Origin: Gammaproteobacteria bacterium
GTDB lineage: Bacteria; Pseudomonadota; Gammaproteobacteria; Burkholderiales; SG8-41
Length of the DNA: 64,000 bases
Assembly (NCBI GenBank): GCA_041483135.1
Contig: JBGPFE010000019.1
Coordinates: 171 to 64,170 of the forward strand
Reading direction: 5' to 3'
A program made the position numbers and the translations under genes. Of the stretch, positions 38,398 through 49,694 are shown one piece after another (the first letter of the stretch is position 1; every line of letters starts with the position of its first letter). A model generated the notes under the pieces. That model did no database searches. It saw only the letters and a list, made by a program, of their open reading frames with translations, and was not told the DNA's origin.

Positions 38398-39765
38398 TTA
38401 CAGAATGAATGGAGCCGCGAACGCGCGGAAGTCCTTGATATCTTCAAGCCGCATCAAGCCGTCGTAGAGTTTTTGCGTCACGTTCTTTCCCCACACCGGC
38501 TCGCCGAGGTCGAAGAACTTCGCCGTCAATTCTGCCGGCTGGTGCGGGTTGGCCGGCTCGCCTTTGGTCACGACGCAGTGTCCCGCGTGCGCGGCGCCGT
38601 CGCGCATGACGATGCGCACGGTCACCGGCTGCTCATTCGGATAGCGCGCGGTAAACGACTTGTCTTCCCGCAGATCGACGCGCTGCGCGAGCGCCTGCAC
38701 CTCTCGATTGGCGACGGCGGCATCGTCGAAGCTCTTGAGCCCCGAGCGGCCGTGGCAGAGAATGCTCGCGAGCGCGAACGGCACCGAGAAGCGCGCGCCG
38801 AAACTGCTGGTGATATTTTTCCCGGCGAGCATCGCCGCCAGCGCATAAGCGCGCACCTCGATGCGAGCGATCTGCGCGGCTTCGAGCCTGCCGCCGGGAA
38901 CTTTCGCGAGCAGGTCCTCGAGCGCGTCGATCGCCGAATGCACGTAGCGGCCGGTCGGGTGCAGCTTGAAATAGCCGCCGGCGATCAGCCATTCGGTGCC
39001 GATTCCCGCAACCACCTTGTTCGTATCGAACGCATCCGACAGCACGGTGCCGTAAATTGCGGATACCCCGTCGGTCCCGCCGGTAAAGCCGCACTCGACG
39101 AGCCGCGCCGCCGTCAGCCCCATGTAGCCCGAGTGCCCGGTGAAAATATTGCGCACCGTCGCGCCGTCGAGCAGCGTCTGGCGGCTCGTCGCCATGCCCA
39201 TCGTCGCCGCGACGTTGATCAGCTCGCGCATTTGCGCCGCGTTGAAGCCTTTGAGCCTGCCCGCCGCGATGGCCGCGCCGATCACGCCGTAAGTGCCGTG
39301 CGGATGCACGCTCAGTTTCACCTGCGCGGCGCGGCTGATGCGCGACGACAATTCATAGCCGAGCGCGACCGCGAGCAGCAGTTCGGCACCGCTCGCACCG
39401 GTTTCCTGCGCGAGCGCGACCGCCGCCGGCACCACCTGGATGCCGGGATGGCCCTTGGCGAACAGGTTGCCTTCGTCGAGCTCGAGCCAGGTGCCGGCGG
39501 TGCCGTTCAAGAGCGCCGCGTCGAGCGTGGCGGCGCGTTTGCCCGCGCCGATCACCCACGCATTGCCCGGCGCCGCCTGCGCGAGATGCTTCGCGACCAG
39601 CGTTTGCATTTCCGGCTGCTGCATGCCGGCGGCGATCACCGGAATCGAGTCCGCGATCACCCAGCGTGCACGCGAGCGCGCACGCTCGCTCAGATCATCA
39701 AGTTTCGTTGCGCACGCAAACTCGGCGAGTGTGGTCAAATATCCAGGTGGCGCGTAGTCGGACAT
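38398..39765 (-). CDS. MmgE/PrpD family protein
   Basis: 455 aa; AALLNGTAGTWLELDEG (variant of the PrpD HxLDFDD region); typical length. Confidence 0.85.
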   Translation of the reverse strand: MSDYAPPGYLTTLAEFACATKLDDLSERARSRARWVIADSIPVIAAGMQQPEMQTLVAKHLAQAAPGNAWVIGAGKRAATLDAALLNGTAGTWLELDEGNLFAKGHPGIQVVPAAVALAQETGASGAELLLAVALGYELSSRISRAAQVKLSVHPHGTYGVIGAAIAAGRLKGFNAAQMRELINVAATMGMATSRQTLLDGATVRNIFTGHSGYMGLTAARLVECGFTGGTDGVSAIYGTVLSDAFDTNKVVAGIGTEWLIAGGYFKLHPTGRYVHSAIDALEDLLAKVPGGRLEAAQIARIEVRAYALAAMLAGKNITSSFGARFSVPFALASILCHGRSGLKSFDDAAVANREVQALAQRVDLREDKSFTARYPNEQPVTVRIVMRDGAAHAGHCVVTKGEPANPHQPAELTAKFFDLGEPVWGKNVTQKLYDGLMRLEDIKDFRAFAAPFIL

Positions 39766-39962
39766 GGCAGGGGGTCACGGCAGGTTTTTTTGCTGGTTTT
39801 TCCGGCATTTTACTACCGGAACAGTGACATCCCCGTCAGCGCGGCGGCGCGCGGACTCGTTAGTGGTGCAACCACCGGTTTGCGGGGAGCGCGCCGTGGC
39901 CCCTGCTCCCGCAAGCAGGCGTTCCGCTAACGTGTCGCAGGGGTGCGCCTTCGAGCCCGGTT

Positions 39963-39983
39963 TTGACCTGGATCAATTGATCC
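39963..39983. promoter_or_regulatory. FNR/CRP-family-type box TTGAC-CTGG-ATCAA overlapping the perfect 14-bp palindrome GGATCAATTGATCC
   Basis: One mismatch to TTGAT-N4-ATCAA; centred ~76 nt upstream of the hemerythrin ATG. Confidence 0.4.
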
Positions 39984-40045
39984 CGCCGGAATCTTGGCAT
40001 GCTGACCATAGTCCGACATTGCGCCAGTCCACTGGAGGGACGCCC

Positions 40046-40681
40046 ATGACTACCGCCAATTCGACAACATTGCCGCGAGCTGCTGAATGCGCAATCAACC
40101 GCATCAAGGCCGAGCACCACGCGCTCGCGTGCATGCTCGCCGCCATGCAAGCCCTGGTCATGCGCTATCGCGAACCGGGCTCGAAGCCCGATTACGGGCT
40201 GTTCGACTCGATGCTGCGTTATATCGAGAACGTGCCGGATCGTCTGCACCATCCCAAGGAAGATCGGGTGCTGTTTCCCGCGATCATGGAGCGCGCAGGC
40301 GGCGGCAAGGCGCTGGTGCAGGAGCTCGAGCGCGATCATGCGCAGGGTGAGCCGATGCTTGCCGAGCTGCGCCGCGCGTTTCACGCGTTTCGAGACGGCA
40401 GCGCCAACGCCCTCAATCAGCTCGCCACCGCGGTCGACGAATTCGCGGAGTTCTACTGGTACCACATGCGCAAGGAGGAGCAGCAACTCCTGCCGCTGGC
40501 GGCGCAACACCTCACGGCGGCCGATTGGCAACGAGTCGACAGTGCGTTCGGCGATAATACCGACCCGCTGTTCGGCACTGAACTCACCGACGAGTACCGC
40601 CGGCTTTACCAGCACATCACCGAGTTGGCGCCGCGGCATCTAAAGTCGCTGCTTGAAAGCGCAGCGCTCACGGCCCCGTAA
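40046..40681 (+). CDS. hemerythrin-like (HHE cation-binding) domain protein
   Basis: IKAEHHAL, LHHPKEDRVLFP, ERDHAQGE, YWYHMRKEE metal-ligand pattern; GGAGGGA Shine-Dalgarno 6 nt before the ATG at 40046. Confidence 0.8.
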   Translation: MTTANSTTLPRAAECAINRIKAEHHALACMLAAMQALVMRYREPGSKPDYGLFDSMLRYIENVPDRLHHPKEDRVLFPAIMERAGGGKALVQELERDHAQGEPMLAELRRAFHAFRDGSANALNQLATAVDEFAEFYWYHMRKEEQQLLPLAAQHLTAADWQRVDSAFGDNTDPLFGTELTDEYRRLYQHITELAPRHLKSLLESAALTAP

Positions 40682-40745
40682 ATTGCGCACCCCGGCACGG
40701 GCATGGCGCGGGCGGTTGATCCCGCTTGACGGAAGCACCCCGCGC

Positions 40746-41585
40746 TTACAAATTCAGTGCGTGAAATCGAAGGTGATCCTCGATAAAACTCGCAATGAAA
40801 AAGTAGCTGTGGTCGTAGCCCTCTTGCATGCGAAGCTCGAGCGCAACGCCGGCCCGCTCGCAGGCCTTTCCCAATAACCCGGGTTTGAGCTGGCTCTCCA
40901 GAAACTGGTCCTTGGCGCCCTGATCAATCAGGATGGCCGGGCCTTTCCACCCGCGATCCTCAATCAGCGCGGTCGCGTCATATTCTCGCCAGCGAGCGCG
41001 GTCGGTTCCCAGATAACCTGTAAATGCCTTTTCTCCCCATGGACAACGCATCGGGGAGCAAATCGGGGCAAAGGCCGACACGGACTTGTAACAGTCCGGA
41101 TTTTTGAGCGCGATGGTCAGCGCGCCGTGTCCGCCCATGGACTGGCCAAAGATGCCCACGCGCGCGGGGTTGACGGGAAAGCTGGATGCAACAAGCGAAG
41201 ATAGTTCTTGCGTAATGTAGGAATACATCCGGTAGCCTCGCGACCACGGCGCCTGCGTGGCGTCCACGTAAAAACCGGCGCCGGTACCGAAGTCATAATT
41301 TTCATCCTCGCCGGGAATCTGCAGGCCACGCGGGCTGGTATCCGGCACCACGATGGCCAAGCCGAGCTCGGCGGCAACCCGCTGCGCGCCCGCCTTGATG
41401 ACAAAATTCTCTTCGGTACAGGTGAGGCCGGAAAGCCAGTAAAGCACAGGTACCCTGCGGGCTTCCGCGTGCGGAGGGAGAAATACGCCAAAGCGCATGA
41501 CACACGCGGTTTCGTGTGACTCATGGCTGTAGACACCCTGGATGCCACCGAAAGACTTATTGCGGGAAATAGTCGTAACTGTCAT
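40746..41585 (-). CDS. fghA: S-formylglutathione hydrolase
   Basis: SFGGIQGVYSHES..., LSGLTCTEENF, GQSMGGHGAL, GYDHSYFFI; alternative start at 41630. Confidence 0.9.
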   Translation of the reverse strand: MTVTTISRNKSFGGIQGVYSHESHETACVMRFGVFLPPHAEARRVPVLYWLSGLTCTEENFVIKAGAQRVAAELGLAIVVPDTSPRGLQIPGEDENYDFGTGAGFYVDATQAPWSRGYRMYSYITQELSSLVASSFPVNPARVGIFGQSMGGHGALTIALKNPDCYKSVSAFAPICSPMRCPWGEKAFTGYLGTDRARWREYDATALIEDRGWKGPAILIDQGAKDQFLESQLKPGLLGKACERAGVALELRMQEGYDHSYFFIASFIEDHLRFHALNL

Positions 41586-41716
41586 TTCCGAAGCCAATCC
41601 GGGCGCGAACTGATCATCTTCATTCATCAATTCGTCTTATTTTCAGCATTTCAAAAAAAGCTGGCGCCGCACGGGCGCCAGCCATATACCACCGTGGCGG
41701 GCTGCGGCCCGCTGCA

Positions 41717-42292
41717 TCACTTACGCAGCACGCCGGCGGCCTTGGCCATGTGAGTCGCGATAACATCCATCAGGGGCGGGGACAGGCAATCGTAAGGCTC
41801 AAGCTTGAGTTCCTTCAACCTTGCCCTGACGGCACCCATGTTATCGGGGCTTGCACCCGACTCGATAATCGACGAAACAAACGCCGCGAATTCCGGCGGC
41901 GCCCAGCCTGCCTCCTTCGATCGCTCGGTGTGAATAAAATCGAATCCGTATAACGGATGGCCCTTGTTCTCGATCCGGCCATACATGTGGACACCGCATT
42001 TTTTGCAGGCATGCCGCTGAATGGTTGCCTTGGGATCCACCACCGCAAGTTTGTCTCCGTTCGCCTTTACACTGAGGTTTTCACGCGCGACGACGGCAAC
42101 CTGCGAGAACAGCGCCCCTTTCGGTTTCCAGCACTTCGTGCAGCCGCACACGTGATTGTGCGCGCACTGCCCTTTGATCGCCACCGCGACCTTGTTCTCC
42201 GCGCAATCGCACAACAGCGTCCCGCCCGCAAAGCCCTTTGCCGCGGGTTGCAATCCGCCATCAACCGCTGGATGTATCTTGACATTACTCAT
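41717..42292 (-). CDS. gfa: S-(hydroxymethyl)glutathione synthase (glutathione-dependent formaldehyde-activating enzyme)
   Basis: [10 protein letters not shown]...[11 protein letters not shown] Cys cluster. Confidence 0.93.
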   Translation of the reverse strand: MSNVKIHPAVDGGLQPAAKGFAGGTLLCDCAENKVAVAIKGQCAHNHVCGCTKCWKPKGALFSQVAVVARENLSVKANGDKLAVVDPKATIQRHACKKCGVHMYGRIENKGHPLYGFDFIHTERSKEAGWAPPEFAAFVSSIIESGASPDNMGAVRARLKELKLEPYDCLSPPLMDVIATHMAKAAGVLRK

Positions 42293-42539
42293 GATGATTT
42301 CTCCGTTTAAATTTCGACGTCAGCCGCCGGCGCGGACTGGGGCCGCGACCAGTATCTCAAGTTGTCATTCCCCAGTAAAACATTCGCAAACATTGACACT
42401 GCACCCGATCAATCAGAATCCCGTGCGGAAACGGCGTGTGCATGGTTGCCATCAGGATACAAGGTGTGACGCTTATTGAATTGCAGAGTGACTCTGCGCC
42501 GTTGAAAAACCGATCACGAATTCTGCGTTCGCTTCGGGA

Positions 42540-43688
<1,149 letters not shown>

Positions 43689-43763
43689 TCAACCTGCGGA
43701 ATCAAATAACCGGCTCGGCGTGCGGCGGCAGCGCCGCACGCCGGCGGTTGCATGCTCTCAAGC

Positions 43764-44993
43764 TTACGGCTTCGCGTACTCGACGAACACGCTCTTGCCG
43801 CCCTTGATGATCCATTGCCCCATGCCGCGGCCCAGCTGGTCGCCATTGGGAGTGAAGTCGCAGGTTGAGCCGGCGCCCGAGAAATTGATTGCTTTGCCGG
43901 CACGGATCAGCTTCAGGGCATCGACCACGTCGGTGACGTTTTCTCCCGGCCCGTTGCACACCGTGATGATCTGCTTCGACCAATCGGCAGCCACCGGGCT
44001 TTTCGCCTTCTCCATCGCCATCGCCACCACCGCGATCTGGTCATGCGTGTTGGGCGGAAACAGGAAGACCCGGTCATCGGGCGCGCCCATCAGTTTCAGG
44101 AACCGCTTGTAGCCGGGAGCGCTGGTGTCGGGCATCGGCTGGAAATGGCGGATGCCTTCAGCGACTTCCGGGCCGACCGCCTGCACGAACTTGCCTTCGG
44201 CGTCGGCCATGATCGACAACGCGATCACCTTGCTGTTAAAACCTCCGCGATAGACTTCTTTCATGATCGACACGAAGTCCGGCAGCAGGCCGAAGCAGCA
44301 CACCGCTTCCGGCTTCTTGCCGAAAATGCGCTCGACCTCCGCCCGGTACGACGGCTGCTCGGGGTTGTAGATCAGCGAATCGACCACGTTGCGGCCGGCC
44401 GCCTTCATCTGTTCTTCGACGCCTTTCATGATCGGCAGCACGAACGCGTTCTGCAGTCCCATGAGACCGATGGTCTTGTAGTTGAGTCGTTGCACCGCGC
44501 GGCCGATCACGATGCCCCAGTCGGTCGCCTTCATCTGGAAGCGCCACACGTAACCCTGGGTGTCGCCCTCGGTGATCGCGTTGGCCGCGCTCGACACCAT
44601 CAGCACAGTCTTGTTCTGGATCGCGATCGGCCGCGACGACATGCCTTCCGGCGTGCCCCAATAACCGACCAGCGCCTGGGCTTTGTGCACGTTGATGAAT
44701 TTCTGCGACAGGTTCGCCGCCACCGCGGCGCTCGACTCCGAGTCCTCGATGAAGAGCTCGAGCTTGCGGCCGCCGAGGATACCGCCGGCGTCATTGATCA
44801 CCTTGACGGTACGCTTGGCGGCTTCGCCCATGTCGGGTCCATAGGCGCCGGCGTTGCCGGTCAGCGGCAGCGCGACGCCGATCGGAATCGTTGCGCCTTG
44901 CGCGTGAGCCAGATTGAGATAAGGGGCAGCGAGCGGCAACGCGGCCGCTGCGCCCAGCGTTTTGAGAACCTTGCGACGGGTGAACTTCTTCAT
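43764..44993 (-). CDS. ABC substrate-binding protein (Leu/Ile/Val-binding, Peripla_BP_6-like)
   Basis: Tat/Sec leader MKKFTRRKVLKTLGAAAALPLAAP; IPIGVALPLTGNAGAYG. Confidence 0.9.
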   Translation of the reverse strand: MKKFTRRKVLKTLGAAAALPLAAPYLNLAHAQGATIPIGVALPLTGNAGAYGPDMGEAAKRTVKVINDAGGILGGRKLELFIEDSESSAAVAANLSQKFINVHKAQALVGYWGTPEGMSSRPIAIQNKTVLMVSSAANAITEGDTQGYVWRFQMKATDWGIVIGRAVQRLNYKTIGLMGLQNAFVLPIMKGVEEQMKAAGRNVVDSLIYNPEQPSYRAEVERIFGKKPEAVCCFGLLPDFVSIMKEVYRGGFNSKVIALSIMADAEGKFVQAVGPEVAEGIRHFQPMPDTSAPGYKRFLKLMGAPDDRVFLFPPNTHDQIAVVAMAMEKAKSPVAADWSKQIITVCNGPGENVTDVVDALKLIRAGKAINFSGAGSTCDFTPNGDQLGRGMGQWIIKGGKSVFVEYAKP

Positions 44994-45053
44994 TTGACAC
45001 CTCCTGATGATGAGTCCAACTTCGGGTACCTGCCTGTCAACCCATACCTTGCA

Positions 45054-45959
45054 TTACCTGATTTCCACCTGCAAGCGATATTCGCGCGCGAACCCCTGCG
45101 GCCGGAAGATCAGCAGCAGGATCAAGCCGACGCCGATGAGGATGATGCGGATCGCGGCAAGCTGGTCGGAATCCAGCACCGGGATCAGGTCCTTGATGAA
45201 ACGCGAGCCCTCGAGCAGCACCATCACGATTGCAGCCCCCCAGATTGCGCCGTAGTGGGCGCCGCGCCCGCCCGCGATCACCGCCATGAACGCATAGGCG
45301 ATCACGATATTGGAAAACTGCGTCGGGTCTATGTACTGGTAATAAAAACCGTGAAACGAGCCGGCGAGGCCGATGATGGCGCCGCCGATGGCGAAAATGC
45401 GCACCCGCGCCCACAGCACGTGCTTGCCGAGCGTCGCCGCAACCACGTCGTCTTCGCGCAACGCGCGCACGATGCGGCCGAATGGCGAGCGCGCGATCAC
45501 GTTGAGAAACCATACCGTGCCGAGCAGCAGCACGACCGCCAATCCAAGCTGGAAATACTGGTAATACTCGGGGGCGATCACGTCGCCCAGCGGCCGCGGC
45601 ACGCCGGTAAGCCCCAGCGCGCCCTTGGTCAGCCAGTCTTCGTTGAGCACCACCAGCCGCAGCATCTCGCCGGCGCCGAGCGTCACGATCGCGAAATAGT
45701 CTTCCTCGGTCACGCGCAGAGTGACGAGCGCGATTATGCCGCACGCCGCGGCGACGATCGCCATCGCCCCCAGCGTCGCGAAGAACGTATTGGCGCCGCC
45801 TTTCAACATGAGCAGCGCGCAGCTGTAGGCGCCGAGCGCGTACAGCCCCGCCAGGCCGAAGTTCACCATTCCCCCGAGACCCCACTGGAAATTGAGCGCG
45901 AGCGCAAGGATGGCCGAAAAGCAGACCACGGTGGCCATCAGGATCAGGAAAGAAATCAT
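45054..45959 (-). CDS. livM: branched-chain amino acid-type ABC permease (LivM-like)
   Basis: Polytopic; LNFQWGLGGMVNFGLAGLYALGAY. Confidence 0.88.
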   Translation of the reverse strand: MISFLILMATVVCFSAILALALNFQWGLGGMVNFGLAGLYALGAYSCALLMLKGGANTFFATLGAMAIVAAACGIIALVTLRVTEEDYFAIVTLGAGEMLRLVVLNEDWLTKGALGLTGVPRPLGDVIAPEYYQYFQLGLAVVLLLGTVWFLNVIARSPFGRIVRALREDDVVAATLGKHVLWARVRIFAIGGAIIGLAGSFHGFYYQYIDPTQFSNIVIAYAFMAVIAGGRGAHYGAIWGAAIVMVLLEGSRFIKDLIPVLDSDQLAAIRIILIGVGLILLLIFRPQGFAREYRLQVEIR

Positions 45960-45977
45960 CTGCGGCTCATTTGCGTC

Positions 45978-46838
45978 TTATTTGCGTATATACGGTTGGC
46001 CAAACAATCCTTGCGGACGGAATATGAGTATCAGCGCGATCACGCAGAGCGGAATGCCGATCCGGTAGTTGGGCGGGATGACCAGCGTCGCGAGCTCGCT
46101 CACGATGCCGATGATCAGCGCGCCGACAAAAGCGCCGAGCGGGCTGCCGAGCCCGCCAAGGATCGCTGCGGCGAACACCGTCACCACATAGCTCGACCCC
46201 ATCGGCGGCTCCAGCGCGCGGTCCATGCCGATCAACACGCCGCCCACCGCGAGCAGCATGCCGGCGATGAACCACGTCCAGCGGATGATGCGCGGACTCT
46301 CGATGCCGCGCACCAGCGCGAGCGCCGGGTTGTCGGAAACCGCGCGCATCGCGCGCCCGATCGGCATGCGCGTCAGCAGAAAATACATCGCGAGCATTGC
46401 GAACGTTGAAACAACGATGGTAATCATCTGCTCGCGATTCATGCGGATGTCGAAGAAGCGGAATGGGCGCGCCAGCTCGATCGCGAAACTGCGCGCGGTA
46501 TTGCCATACGCGAGGCGCGCGACATTTTCCAGAACGAAGCCCAGCCCGAGCGAGGCCACCATCAACGTGATCGAGCCGCGTTCCCTCAGCGGCTTGAACG
46601 TCAGGTAATCGATCAAGATCAGCAAGCCGCCGTAAGCAACGGCGACGACCGCCGTCGCTATCGTCAGCGGCCAGCCGAGCTGGACGTTCAACGCAAACAC
46701 CATGTAGGCGGCGAGCGTCATCATCGCGCCGACCGCGAAGTTCGGAAACTTCAGCACCCCGAACAGCAGCGTCACCGACAGCGCGGGCAGCGTGACGATG
46801 ATGCCCGTGATCAAACCGTTGAAAGCGGTCTGCAGCAT
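45978..46838 (-). CDS. livH: branched-chain amino acid-type ABC permease (LivH-like)
   Basis: MLQTAFNGLITGIIVTLPALSVTLLFGV. Confidence 0.88.
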   Translation of the reverse strand: MLQTAFNGLITGIIVTLPALSVTLLFGVLKFPNFAVGAMMTLAAYMVFALNVQLGWPLTIATAVVAVAYGGLLILIDYLTFKPLRERGSITLMVASLGLGFVLENVARLAYGNTARSFAIELARPFRFFDIRMNREQMITIVVSTFAMLAMYFLLTRMPIGRAMRAVSDNPALALVRGIESPRIIRWTWFIAGMLLAVGGVLIGMDRALEPPMGSSYVVTVFAAAILGGLGSPLGAFVGALIIGIVSELATLVIPPNYRIGIPLCVIALILIFRPQGLFGQPYIRK

Positions 46839-47581
46839 CAGTGCGCCACCGCTTCTTCCCGTGCATCGCCCAGATACAAGCTGTGCAAATCCTGCATGCC
46901 GAGCACCTCGCCCGCGGGCGCGGTCATGCGCACGCGGCCGTTGGCCATCACCACGCAGGTGTCGGAAATGCGCAGCGCCTCGATCGCGTTTTGCTCGACC
47001 ATCAATACCGATACGCCTTTGGCGTTGACCTTGCGCACCGTCTCGAAAATATCCTTCATGTATTTGGGCGACAACCCGGTCGACGGCTCATCGAGCATCA
47101 GCACCTCGGGGCGAACGGTAAGCGCGCACGCCAGCGCCAGCATCTGGCGCTGGCCACCGCTCAAGTTGCCGGCGCGCGCCTTGAATTTCCCCGGCAACTC
47201 GGGAAACAGCTCCAGCAATTCATCGGAAATCACCGCGTCGCCGCGCGCATTCGTGTCGGCCATGAATTCGCGCGCGATCTTCAGATTTTCGAGCACCGTC
47301 AGGTTGCGGAACACGTTGTACTCCTGCGGCACATACGACACCCCTGCCCTGACACGCTTGGGCGGACTCAAGTCCTTCAGGCTCCGTCCCTTGAGCACGA
47401 TGTCGCCCTGCCGCACCGTCAGCAGGCCCGCCAGCGTTTTGAGCAAAGTCGATTTGCCCGAGCCATTCGGCCCGATGATCGTCACCACCTTGCCGGCCGG
47501 CAACGTGACGTCGATGCCTTTCAGGATGTCGCCCTCGCCGTAGCCGGCGTGCAATTGCCTGATCGAGAGCAAGTCGCTCAT
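46838..47581 (-). CDS. livF: ABC ATP-binding protein (LivF-like)
   Basis: GPNGSGKSTL, LSGGQRQML; start trimmed to MSDLLSI, giving an ATGA overlap with livG. Confidence 0.92.
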   Translation of the reverse strand: MSDLLSIRQLHAGYGEGDILKGIDVTLPAGKVVTIIGPNGSGKSTLLKTLAGLLTVRQGDIVLKGRSLKDLSPPKRVRAGVSYVPQEYNVFRNLTVLENLKIAREFMADTNARGDAVISDELLELFPELPGKFKARAGNLSGGQRQMLALACALTVRPEVLMLDEPSTGLSPKYMKDIFETVRKVNAKGVSVLMVEQNAIEALRISDTCVVMANGRVRMTAPAGEVLGMQDLHSLYLGDAREEAVAH

Positions 47582-48333
47582 GCGACTTTTCCAAGATAAG
47601 CATGCATTACGTCGCGATTGGTAGCGACTTCCTTGAACGTGCCCGAGGTCAGCGTGCGCCCCTCCGCCAGCACGTAGATCGGATTGCACAGCTCGGCGAT
47701 CACGTCCATGTCGTGCTCGATGATGGCGAACGTAAGTCCCTGCCCGCGCAGCTTGGTAATGGTTTCGCCCAACACCTTGGTCATCAGCGGGCTGACGCCG
47801 GCGGTCGGCTCGTCCAGCAGTATGATCTTCGGATCGAGCATCAACGCGCGCGAGATTTCAAGCAGCTTTTTCTGGCCGCCGGAAAGATTTTTCGCCGGTT
47901 CATTGGCCAGTTGCCACAGATTGACCTGCTCGAGCAGCGCGCGCGCCTTGGCAATCGCATGCTGCTGCTCGGCGCGCACGCGCGACGGCGAATAGAAATT
48001 TCGCCACACGCTGTCTCCGCTCATGCCGGAGCTCGCCAGCAGCATGTTCTCGAGCACCGTCAGCTGCCCGAGCTCGCGCGAGATCTGAAAAGTGCGGACC
48101 AGTCCGGCTTGCGCCATCTCGTCGGGACGCAAGTCCACGATGTTCCTGCCCTCCAGCGTGATGGCGCCGGCATCGGGAGAAATAAGGCCGCCGACGATAT
48201 TGAACAGGGTCGATTTGCCGGCGCCATTGGGGCCGATGATGCCGGTGATGCTTTGCGCGCCGATCTCGATGCTGCAGCCGCTCAAGGCCTGAAAACCGCC
48301 GAAGGACTTGGAAATGTTTTGCGCGCTCAGCAT
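47578..48333 (-). CDS. livG: ABC ATP-binding protein (LivG-like)
   Basis: GPNGAGKST, LSGGQKKLLE, ILLDEP. Confidence 0.92.
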   Translation of the reverse strand: MLSAQNISKSFGGFQALSGCSIEIGAQSITGIIGPNGAGKSTLFNIVGGLISPDAGAITLEGRNIVDLRPDEMAQAGLVRTFQISRELGQLTVLENMLLASSGMSGDSVWRNFYSPSRVRAEQQHAIAKARALLEQVNLWQLANEPAKNLSGGQKKLLEISRALMLDPKIILLDEPTAGVSPLMTKVLGETITKLRGQGLTFAIIEHDMDVIAELCNPIYVLAEGRTLTSGTFKEVATNRDVMHAYLGKVA

Positions 48334-48547
48334 GAGTGATATCAGGTCGTATGCGACACGAGGAGATTTGCAGGGTTGCCGATTCGCCGCCAGTTAATGC
48401 CTGGCTTGATTGTTCGAATTATTCTGATAACGACTGCTTTTCAGCTTAACCGCAATCGGTGCGGCGCTGGGAAAAACTTTTTGTGATGCCAGCCATAATC
48501 GTTTTTTATGGGGTGCGCAGCCGCGCCATTCCGGCAGGCGCCACGCA

Positions 48548-49462
48548 TTACGCGCTTTCCGCGCGCGATTGAGCGCTGCCCTCGAGCCAGATCTTGCGCA
48601 CCACATTTTCCATCGCGGCAATCACGGGATCGCTATCGCGCTCGCGCAGGTAAATGAACGACAAGGAGGTGGTCGGCCGCGCCTTGCGCCACACGCACAC
48701 CTCGCCCGCGCTTTGCGCGACAAACGCCAGGTCTTCGCGCATCAGGCCAAGCCCGACGCCGGCTGTAATCAGGCTTTTGATGGTCTGCTCCTCGGCGGCC
48801 TCGACCACCTTGAACGGCTCGAGCTTGTGACGCGCGAACATCTCGTTCACCATCTGCAGATGCGGCGACATCTTCGGCGCGCGGATCCACGGCAGCGCCG
48901 CGATGTCGGCCCAGTCGGCATGCTCGATCCTGTCTTTCCATGCCGGCGGCGCCACCACGCGGTATGCCATTTCAGTCAGGTTGACCGCTTGCACGTGCGG
49001 AATGTTCACGTGTCCCATGCAGTACGCGGCGTCGAGACTGCCGTCGCTCACGTGCTCGATCGCCCACGTCGAGATGCCGTGCTGCAGCTCGATTTCGAGC
49101 CACGGGTAAAGGTCGAGCACCGAACTCATGAACTGGCCAAGCCGGATGAACGACGGATCGAGGATGGTGCCGACGCGCGCCTTGCCGGTGAGCTGGCCCT
49201 GCAGGTCCTGCGCCAGATTGCGGAATTCGCCCGCCGCGGCGAGGATCGCCTGTGCTCTGGGCAACAGCGCCTGCCCGGCCCTGGTCAGCTTCACCCCGGT
49301 CGCGCCGCGCTCGAACAGTTTGAGATTAAGCGTTTCTTCGAGCGATTTCAGATGCCCGCTCACCGCCGGCTGCGTCACGTGCAGCAGCAGCGCGGCTTTG
49401 GTCAGGTTGCCGTGCTCGGCAACCGTGACGAAGGTGCGGATCTGGTAAATTTCCATGGGCAT
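48548..49462 (-). CDS. LysR-family transcriptional regulator
   Basis: IRTFVTVAEHGNLTKAALLLHVTQPAVSGHLKSLEE wHTH. Confidence 0.92.
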   Translation of the reverse strand: MPMEIYQIRTFVTVAEHGNLTKAALLLHVTQPAVSGHLKSLEETLNLKLFERGATGVKLTRAGQALLPRAQAILAAAGEFRNLAQDLQGQLTGKARVGTILDPSFIRLGQFMSSVLDLYPWLEIELQHGISTWAIEHVSDGSLDAAYCMGHVNIPHVQAVNLTEMAYRVVAPPAWKDRIEHADWADIAALPWIRAPKMSPHLQMVNEMFARHKLEPFKVVEAAEEQTIKSLITAGVGLGLMREDLAFVAQSAGEVCVWRKARPTTSLSFIYLRERDSDPVIAAMENVVRKIWLEGSAQSRAESA

Positions 49463-49694
49463 ATCAGCACGCGCGGATCAAGCCGTTGGTGATAACTGCG
49501 TCAAATCTAACACGCCTGCGCGTTCCGGCAAACCGGCGCCGCAATTCCACCCGCCGCAGAGCAAAAATCAGCCCCGGAATCGAAAATTTTGCGCAGGGAT
49601 CAAAAAGCACTAGGACCGGCGTACTGATCCGCCACCGGCCCCTGAAGAACGATGCGCGCCGGGAGCGCGGCGCGCTAAAACGATGCTGCGCGCG

